This document shows, in pieces, positions 58,018 through 64,000 of a DNA stretch of 64,000 bases. Position 1 is the stretch's first letter, and each line of letters starts with the position of its first letter. The DNA lies in the IMG/VR virus record IMGVR_UViG_3300035182_002586, positions 62,001 to 126,000 of that record. One strand, given 5' to 3'. A model generated the notes under the pieces. That model was not told the DNA's origin, ran no database searches, and saw nothing but the letters and a program-made list of their open reading frames with translations. A program made the translations under genes and the position numbers.

Positions 58018-58317
58018 CTATTCCGTGAGGAAACCCGTGGCGCGCCAACGTGGGGGTTCGTTCCCTACCTGTGTGAATGCCAGAGGGACGACAACACTCT
58101 CGGCTCTACCTTGGAGTCCACTCGGTAGTGCGTTCTCCACAGTCAGACGGAGATACCCGCCCGTCATCCACGAGACGTAGACGACATCCCCCACCGAGAT
58201 CCCTCCCTCTTCGAGCACGGGGTCCGGGAGCTTGGAGCCCTCTCGTTCGAGGGACTTGTGCACCTCCGGGCGCAGGTAGCTCCGGACCGTCTTGGTGACT
58301 CGCAGGTCTTCACGCAT
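58018..58317 (-). CDS. Hypothetical protein
   Basis: GGTGTA 11 nt upstream. Confidence 0.55.
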   Translation of the reverse strand: MREDLRVTKTVRSYLRPEVHKSLEREGSKLPDPVLEEGGISVGDVVYVSWMTGGYLRLTVENALPSGLQGRAESVVVPLAFTQVGNEPPRWRATGFLTE

Positions 58318-58355
58318 GACGGGGAGCCTACACCGCGCCGGTGTACAAGGCTCGC

Positions 58356-58763
58356 ATGTCCGACCCTACCGATCCCGCCGCCGTTCAGCCCGCCGTGTCC
58401 GCTGCGAAAGCCGCCTTCGAGGCGGACAAGACGGCCCCCGTCCTCGACTACGAGACCTTCCAGAAGGTCGACCTCCGCGTGGGCTACGTCCTGGAGGCCG
58501 AGCGCGTGCCGAAGAGTGACAAGCTCCTCAAGCTCCAGGTCAACGTCGGTGAGCCGCAACGCCGCCAGATCGTCGCGGGTATCGGCAAGTCGTTCACGCC
58601 GGAAGACATGATCGGCAAGCAGATCGTGATCGTCGCGAACCTCGCCCCGTGCAAGATCATGGGCGTCATGTCCTACGGGATGGTCCTCGCGGCCGGAACG
58701 CCCGAAGACCTCGCCATGCTCACGCCCTCGTGCAGGCGCGAGCCCGGCACCAAGGTGAAGTGA
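58356..58763 (+). CDS. tRNA-binding OB-fold protein (MetRS C-terminal / Trbp111 / CsaA type)
   Basis: FQKVDLRVG.VLEAERVPKSDKLLKLQV..G...RQIVAGI...NLAP.KIMGV.S.GMVL. Confidence 0.9.
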   Translation: MSDPTDPAAVQPAVSAAKAAFEADKTAPVLDYETFQKVDLRVGYVLEAERVPKSDKLLKLQVNVGEPQRRQIVAGIGKSFTPEDMIGKQIVIVANLAPCKIMGVMSYGMVLAAGTPEDLAMLTPSCRREPGTKVK

Positions 58764-59830
58764 TGAAGATCGCGCTGATCGGCGGGGTGTTCGACGACGC
58801 GGGTGGTCGCAAGTCCGGGTACGTCACCCGGCTCCAGGCGGAGGTCGTGGGACAGCTCGGGGGTGACTCGCTGGACCTGTACGTCAACGGCGGCCCCGCC
58901 AGCGAGCTGGAGAGCCTCGTAGAGCGCCTCCAGGGCATCGACGTGGCCCTCTGGTTCGCCGACGTGCCGAACCACCTACCGAAGCTCGTCGGGAGCCTCA
59001 AGGCCCGCTGGCCGAAGATGCTCCTGGTCACCTCGAAGCGGAATCTGGACGGGGCCTACCCCATCTCCGAGCTTCTCGGGCGAGCGCTCAAGACCAAATC
59101 GAACCTCCTCGTCGAGATGACGGGTGGCCGGACGAAGGTGGAGTCGACCGTCCTCGACCCTCTCGGCTCGTCGTACTGCACCAAGGAGACGGACATCGGG
59201 AAGGTGGCCGGAACGCTTCTCGGCCGGCTGCGCCGTCTTCGTGGGTTCGGACGGGTCGGCTCCGAGCAGGTCGGAGAGAAGATCGCGGCCCCGGACGACC
59301 CGGAGTTCTTCGCGCTCGTCCGCGAGCAGGCGGAGCAGTTCCACGCGATCATCCACGGGGTCGGTCACGAGCGGATGATGGGGAACGCCTCGTTCCGCTG
59401 CGCCAAGGGGTTCCCCTCGGTCCGGTCCGGCAACCTCATCTTCGTGTCCCGCCGGGACATCGACAAGCGGTTCATCGCCCCCGAGAATTTCGTGGCCGTG
59501 GACGCCGACTCGAACAACCCGGTGCGTTACTACGGCGCGGAGAAGCCCTCGGTCGACACGCCCATCCAGGTGCGGCTCTACCAGTACTACCCCCGCGTCC
59601 GGTACATGCTGCACTCGCACACGTACATCGATGGAGCGCCCACGACTTCCGAGCCCGTCCCCTGCGGCGCCGTCGAGGAAGCTGACCAGGTGTTCGCGCT
59701 CTTCCCGGATGCGGGGCTGGTGGACTTCTGCCTCAACCTGCGCGGCCACGGGAGCATCGTGCTCGCCTCCAGCGTCACGGGTCTGCGGGGCTGGCCGTGG
59801 GGCCCGAGGCCGGTGCCGGAACCCGTCTGA
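58763..59830 (+). CDS. Class II aldolase/adducin-domain protein with possible CoaB-like N-terminal domain
   Basis: GNASFR, PSVDTP, HSHTY, NLRGHGSI; N-term PKLV..LK..WP..LLV.SK. Confidence 0.7.
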   Translation: MKIALIGGVFDDAGGRKSGYVTRLQAEVVGQLGGDSLDLYVNGGPASELESLVERLQGIDVALWFADVPNHLPKLVGSLKARWPKMLLVTSKRNLDGAYPISELLGRALKTKSNLLVEMTGGRTKVESTVLDPLGSSYCTKETDIGKVAGTLLGRLRRLRGFGRVGSEQVGEKIAAPDDPEFFALVREQAEQFHAIIHGVGHERMMGNASFRCAKGFPSVRSGNLIFVSRRDIDKRFIAPENFVAVDADSNNPVRYYGAEKPSVDTPIQVRLYQYYPRVRYMLHSHTYIDGAPTTSEPVPCGAVEEADQVFALFPDAGLVDFCLNLRGHGSIVLASSVTGLRGWPWGPRPVPEPV

Positions 59831-60036
59831 TGTTCGACCACAACGAGGTCGCGGGGGCCGGCGAGGTCTTCGTGTGCGCGTGCTGTGGGCGCCGGTCGAA
59901 GGACCGGGCAGGAAGAATGCGGATCAGCTCTCATTGGGACGAGAGCTGCGTCTTCCACGCTGTCCGGGTCTACGAGGCCAGTGTCGTGCTCGAAAACGGG
60001 CTCGTCATCGCTGCGGACGCCGTGAGACCGAACTAG
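59830..60036 (+). CDS. Small Cys-rich protein
   Basis: VCACCG...WDESC. Confidence 0.55.
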   Translation: MFDHNEVAGAGEVFVCACCGRRSKDRAGRMRISSHWDESCVFHAVRVYEASVVLENGLVIAADAVRPN

Positions 60037-60239
60037 TACACGTAGTCACCGTTGGCGATGACCTTGACGAGGAGCTTCGCAAGAGCGTCGTCCCCGAAGA
60101 CGTTCTCGACGGCGCCCTTCATGATGGCGCGTTCGAGGTCCTGGATCGCAGCGGCCGTCAGGACTTCCCGGAGGTCTTCTCGGTGAACACCACAGACCGT
60201 CGTGGTGCCGTTCTTGTTCCTGCGGGCTCAGTAGGACAT
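60033..60239 (-). pseudogene. Small gene with in-frame TGA at codon 4 (MSY*ARRNKNG...)
   Basis: AGGAGG and TGGATC-class motif upstream; frame open after the TGA until TAG at 60033. Confidence 0.45.
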
Positions 60240-60392
60240 GACCCTCCTACAACGGGAGGCGGGCGGTGATCCATCCGTCGGTGTACGATCGCAGCATGTC
60301 CGTGCGAGCTTCCACTGCCGTCGCGGTCGCCATCGGCGCCCTGCTCGTGATCGTCCTGTTCCCGCAACTGGTGCGGCTCCGGATCAGTTGAG

Positions 60393-60501
60393 TGGTGGAC
60401 ACGGCCGGGTTCGAACCGGCATCGAGGGCTTTCGGCCCTCCGTTTTACCTGCCCTGGCTACCGGCGGCGCCACCTGCCAGGACTATGAAACGTACGTGCC
60501 C
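60393..60501 (-). ncRNA. tRNA-like RNA with encoded CCA and expanded D-arm
   Basis: Acceptor GGGCACG/CGTGTCC-A-CCA; T-arm GCCGG-TTCGAAC-CCGGC; D-stem CGTTT/AAACG; GAGGG-CCGAAAG-CCCTC arm. Confidence 0.7.
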
Positions 60502-60508
60502 GTAAGAG

Positions 60509-60682
60509 CTACTTCGACGGGTTCAGGTTCGGACAGTAGGGGTTGCTGTGCGTGCGGAGCGGGTGCCCGAAGCAGTGACACGTGGCCTCGACGGAGGTGC
60601 CGCCGCCCTCGAAGTGGGCGACCTTCACCTTGACCCCGTTCTTCACGGTCATCTCGACCCTCACGAGATTGCTCTGTCCCAT
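60509..60682 (-). CDS. Small hypothetical protein
   Basis: GGAGG RBS, TGGATC-class motif; C.C..H...H...C. Confidence 0.55.
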   Translation of the reverse strand: MGQSNLVRVEMTVKNGVKVKVAHFEGGGTSVEATCHCFGHPLRTHSNPYCPNLNPSK

Positions 60683-60740
60683 GCCTCCCTGTACCACGTG
60701 ATGTGAGGGGCGATCCATCCGGCCGGTGTAGAAAGGGGGC

Positions 60741-61229
60741 ATGGGCAATCACGGGCTCGTCGCCGTCTACGCTGGCACGTTCGACCCCCCGACCATCGGG
60801 CACGAGGACCTCATCAAGCGGGCGCTCGGCTTCTGCGAGAAGCTGATCATCGGCATCGGGGTCAACTCGACCAAGACGCCGATCTTCACCGTCGAAGAGC
60901 GCGTCGAGATGCTCCAGAAGCTCGCGGACAACCCCCGGGTCGAGGTCGTGGCCTTCCAGGGGCTCCTCGTCGACTTCGTGCGCAAGAGCGGCGGGAGCAT
61001 GATCATCCGCGGCTTGCGTGCCGTGATGGACTTCGAGTACGAGATGGGCATCGCGCACGCGAACGCCGACCAGGCGCCGACGGTCGAGACCGTCTTCCTC
61101 GCGACCAAGCCGCAGTACTCGTTCATCTCCTCGTCTGTCGTCCGTGAGGTCGCCAAGTACGGCGGCTCCGTGCGACACTACGTCTCCCCGCTCGTCGAAG
61201 AGGCCCTCAGGGCCAAGTTCAGGAAGTAG
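60741..61229 (+). CDS. coaD: Phosphopantetheine adenylyltransferase
   Basis: YAGTFDPPTIGH, IIRGLR...DFEYE, ISSSVVRE. Confidence 0.95.
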   Translation: MGNHGLVAVYAGTFDPPTIGHEDLIKRALGFCEKLIIGIGVNSTKTPIFTVEERVEMLQKLADNPRVEVVAFQGLLVDFVRKSGGSMIIRGLRAVMDFEYEMGIAHANADQAPTVETVFLATKPQYSFISSSVVREVAKYGGSVRHYVSPLVEEALRAKFRK

Positions 61230-61253
61230 TAGTAGTAGGCGTTCTGGTGTCTT

Positions 61254-61327
61254 GCTCCCGTGGCCGAGTGGTTCAGGCGGGCGACTTTAAATCGCCGTCA
61301 ACGTGGGTTCGAGTCCCACCGGGGGCG
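61254..61327 (+). tRNA. Ochre suppressor tRNA, anticodon TTA at 61287-61289
   Basis: Full cloverleaf: GCTCCCG/CGGGGGC, GCC-GAGTGGTTCA-GGC, GGCGA-CTTTAAA-TCGCC, GTGGG-TTCGAGT-CCCAC; discriminator G; no encoded CCA. Confidence 0.85.
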
Positions 61328-61857
61328 CTCCTCTTCAAGTGGTTGCGGACAGATGATTCGGCTACCCCAAGCTGTCTGACTACTTCACTCTTTGAGGTCT
61401 TTGCAATCAAGTCCAGAAGCTCCTCCATCGGAGGCCATGCGGCACGCTTAGCTCTAGGCTTTCGGTGCCCACACGAACGACACTGCACACTGGACTTGGC
61501 GATCGTAGTCCCGCACCGACAGGTCTTGTGTGTGGCCTTCGCGATGCTCCGCCCACAGAACGTTGCGGTCTGTGAGTCGCAGTTAGGACACAGAAACCTC
61601 AAGTTTTCTAGTCTGTGATCACGATTCACACCGTTGATATGGTCCAGCCGAAGCACGAGAGGTTTTCCTCCCCACTCGGGCCCAAGCTGACAGCCAACAC
61701 AGTGGGATGTGTCCAGGGCCAGGCGCGCGATAGCGTTGCGCACGTAGGCTGCCCCTCCACCAGAAGCAGAGGGTCGACCTAGAGCACGAAGAATTGCAGT
61801 GACACTAGCGTGCTCTCGCACAAGCACCACCAGGGTGTCGTCAGAGATGGGTTACAT
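61273..61857 (-). CDS. HNH endonuclease overlapping the tRNA antisense; upstream ATG at 61857 followed by in-frame TAA (alternative GTG start 61830)
   Basis: LRLDHINGVNRDHRLENLRFLCPNCDSQT; C-terminal HTH. Confidence 0.75.
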
Positions 61858-61895
61858 CGAGTTTAGTGGCGGTATAAATGACCTACTAAACTCGA
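61857..61895. repeat. 11-bp-arm inverted repeat at the start of the HNH gene
   Basis: tcgagtttagt-N17-actaaactcga. Confidence 0.75.
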
Positions 61896-61923
61896 CCCTC
61901 TCGATCAGGTGTACCATCCCCCC

Positions 61924-62274
61924 ATGCAGGATCGAAGCTACCTCGCCGATCTCACCGAGGCACAGCTCAAGGGTGTCGCAGGTGCACTGGAGGCGCGGAT
62001 CAGGGACTCCAAGAAGAAGGCCACGCAGGCCCTCTCCAAAGACCCCGAGCTGATGAAGAGCTGGATCGCCACAATGTCGGCGGTCCCCGCTACGACCTCA
62101 GAGGAAGAAGACGCGAAGGAACTGGTCCGCAAGGCCCGCGAGGACCGTCGACTAGCCTTCGAGAAAGCCCTCGTCGAGCACCCGGAGGCGTACGTCCTCT
62201 ACCACATGGCGAACTACCTCGTCGGTCTTAGCGAGGCCGTCCGCAAGGAGCGGAGCGAGAGGGCTCGCAAGTGA
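61924..62274 (+). CDS. Hypothetical protein
   Basis: GGTGTA 10 nt upstream. Confidence 0.65.
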   Translation: MQDRSYLADLTEAQLKGVAGALEARIRDSKKKATQALSKDPELMKSWIATMSAVPATTSEEEDAKELVRKAREDRRLAFEKALVEHPEAYVLYHMANYLVGLSEAVRKERSERARK

Positions 62275-62275
62275 C

Positions 62276-62902
62276 TCAGTGGTAGTCGTAGCGAAGACCG
62301 AGCTGATCCCACTCGTGCGTCAGCTCTTGCATCGTCATGTTCGCGGCCTTGGAGATGTTGTCCTTGAGCCAGCCGTAGAACAGGATGCCGTCCTTCTTGC
62401 TCACGGGTGAGTAGAGGGTGTCCTGACGGTAGCCGTGGGCCGCCTTGCCGGGCGCCTCGATGACGGTGCTGTTGGTCACGTGGAAGTCGTGCGGGCTCGC
62501 CTGGATGCGGACGATGGTGCCGTCCGGGAACTTCTTCTCCAGCTTGATGGTGGTCCCCGGCGGCTCGACGTCGATCCCACGGAGTTCCCGCTCGTGGGTC
62601 TCCATCAGCTCCGGGTGGTCCGCCTTGATCTTCTCCAGGTGTGACTTCGCCTGGTCGTAGTTCATGTGCAGGATGGAGGTGACCGCCTGCTTGAGGATCC
62701 GGTCCGCCATCTCGTCGTTGAGCGTGTGCGGCATCACCGTCAGCTCACGGACCTTCTTGCCCCGCTTGCCGGCATTCGTCATGTCGGTGATCCGAACGCT
62801 CCCGTGGAAGCGGTGGATCTTGAGGTGCTCGGTGAAGGCGTGTTGCCCCACGTCCAGGCTGGCGGCAAGGAACTTGGCAGCGACTCGGCGGGCGAGGTCC
62901 AT
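62276..62902 (-). CDS. Hypothetical protein with RVAAKF leader
   Basis: MDLARRVAAKFLAAS; TTATC 13 nt upstream. Confidence 0.7.
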   Translation of the reverse strand: MDLARRVAAKFLAASLDVGQHAFTEHLKIHRFHGSVRITDMTNAGKRGKKVRELTVMPHTLNDEMADRILKQAVTSILHMNYDQAKSHLEKIKADHPELMETHERELRGIDVEPPGTTIKLEKKFPDGTIVRIQASPHDFHVTNSTVIEAPGKAAHGYRQDTLYSPVSKKDGILFYGWLKDNISKAANMTMQELTHEWDQLGLRYDYH

Positions 62903-62925
62903 GCCCACACCCCGTGATAAGACCT

Positions 62926-63222
62926 CTATCGCCCTACGCTGACCAGGGCGTCGTCGATCTGGTCCGGGTCCAAGCGGAAAGGACCCGGACCCCCTGCCCC
63001 GGGAGCCCAACCGGCCAGGACCCCTCGCCGGACCAGGGCCTCCACCTCGGTCGTTCCGATGGCGTCACATCGACGTACATCCACCGTGGCCACGAGGCAG
63101 CGCCCCGGGAACGCCTCCACCTCGATCGTCACGTTGAGACAGGGGGCCGCCCTCTTGGTGACCAGGAAGCGGTAGGAGGTGGTGTCGACGGTCAACCGCC
63201 GGCTGTGGTTAGGCAGGGTCAT
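62926..63222 (-). CDS. Hypothetical protein
   Basis: GGTGTA 11 nt upstream. Confidence 0.6.
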   Translation of the reverse strand: MTLPNHSRRLTVDTTSYRFLVTKRAAPCLNVTIEVEAFPGRCLVATVDVRRCDAIGTTEVEALVRRGVLAGWAPGAGGPGPFRLDPDQIDDALVSVGR

Positions 63223-63233
63223 GCCCTAGCTAC

Positions 63234-63246
63234 TACACCTTTTATC
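63234..63246. promoter_or_regulatory. Divergent GGTGTA (minus) and TTATC (plus) motifs
   Basis: tacacc-tt-ttatc between two divergent genes. Confidence 0.55.
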
Positions 63247-63261
63247 GCCCCCGCAGGGGTG

Positions 63262-63600
63262 ATGGCCTACTCCTACGACCACCGGACCCGCACCGCTGCC
63301 TTCAACATCTCGAAGGTGGTCATGGACATCGACGTTGACCTCTACCCCGAGAAGCTCTCCTGGACCTCAAGTGGGAAGGTCCTCATGACGGGGGTGGCCG
63401 AGTTCGTTCTCCCCAACCGCAAGCACAAGAGCAAGCCCTACGAGCTGGAGACCTCCGAAGACGGTACGGTCCAGCAGTGCAAGTGCGAAGACCCTATGCA
63501 TCGACAGATGATCTGGATCGCCGCAGACAAGCGCAAGCGCGAGCTGGCCGAGCTGATCGAGGACCAGAAGCAGCGGGGCGGGCTCCGTCGCAAGCCCTGA
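63262..63600 (+). CDS. Hypothetical protein with YSYDHRTRTA leader
   Basis: TTATC 15 nt upstream. Confidence 0.65.
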   Translation: MAYSYDHRTRTAAFNISKVVMDIDVDLYPEKLSWTSSGKVLMTGVAEFVLPNRKHKSKPYELETSEDGTVQQCKCEDPMHRQMIWIAADKRKRELAELIEDQKQRGGLRRKP

Positions 63601-64000
63601 TCAAACCCGGTTGATGTAGCGGCTGACGACTCTGTGGGCGATCGTGGCGTTTTTCGGGCGCGTGCTGGCCTTGCCGAGCGCCTCTATCGCCTGCTGGAAG
63701 TCGTCCGGTACCTTCCACGCGTTCTCGTTGGGGAACCCGTGACCAACCCCGTACTGGTCTAGCAGGGCCCGGACTGTCTTCACGGAACGGTCGATCTGTG
63801 CGACTGCCTCCGCTTCGACTTTGCCCTTGAAGGGGGTGTAGAAGTCTTTGAACGAGATCACCTGCTGGTGGGCGTCGCTGTACTGCTCCGCGATGTCGAA
63901 GGGGATGGCCATCCCCTCGTTCGTGTAGAGGAGCGTCATGAGCTTCGCCGACTCGGCGTACAGCTTGATGAACATCGCCGTGTAGTCGTGGGCGGCTACG
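63601..64000 (-). CDS. Hypothetical protein, 5' end probably outside the window; C-terminal IAHRVVSRY motif
   Basis: Frame open to the window edge. Confidence 0.6.
   Translation of the reverse strand, partial: VAAHDYTAMFIKLYAESAKLMTLLYTNEGMAIPFDIAEQYSDAHQQVISFKDFYTPFKGKVEAEAVAQIDRSVKTVRALLDQYGVGHGFPNENAWKVPDDFQQAIEALGKASTRPKNATIAHRVVSRYINRV

Noticed and set aside
1-64000. Genome-wide TAG or TGA reassignment
   Set aside because: Conserved genes end normally at TAG/TGA, and coding density is high under the standard code

Overview
This 64 kb window is a high-GC, gene-dense segment of what looks like a large tailed (jumbo) phage genome. No rRNA, CRISPR array, integrase or reverse transcriptase is visible. 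The left end (minus strand) carries a terminase large subunit cut by the window edge, a probable small subunit, several head/virion-type proteins and a triple-domain HNH gene. It continues into a replication/transcription block: sigma-like protein, NusG plus 5'-3' exonuclease fusion, DnaX and Toprim primase. An 1811-aa multi-beta-propeller fibre protein follows. The remainder is a long accessory region with dCTP deaminase, endonuclease V, DNA methyltransferase, a second sigma-like factor, CoaE, CoaD, a CoaB-like/aldolase fusion, two vWA genes, SpoU methylase, Hsp20, a tRNA-binding protein, homing endonucleases and gene fragments including RtcB. Signals not explained by the gene list are: (1) an ochre-suppressor tRNA (anticodon TTA) preceded by four tandem TAG codons, whose overlapping HNH gene reads ATG-TAA in frame; (2) a CCA-ending tRNA-like RNA with a hairpin inserted in its D-loop; (3) three classes of recurring upstream motif, the main one (GGTGTA, 9-12 nt before the start codon) implying mostly leaderless mRNAs; (4) shared N-terminal leader peptides (RVAARF / YSYDHRTA) on unrelated proteins; (5) a shared C-terminal WxR[IL]LDD motif; (6) a hairpin-rich ~750 bp non-coding region; and (7) a 66-bp near-perfect palindrome. 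All functional calls come from motif recognition by eye; no database searches were run.
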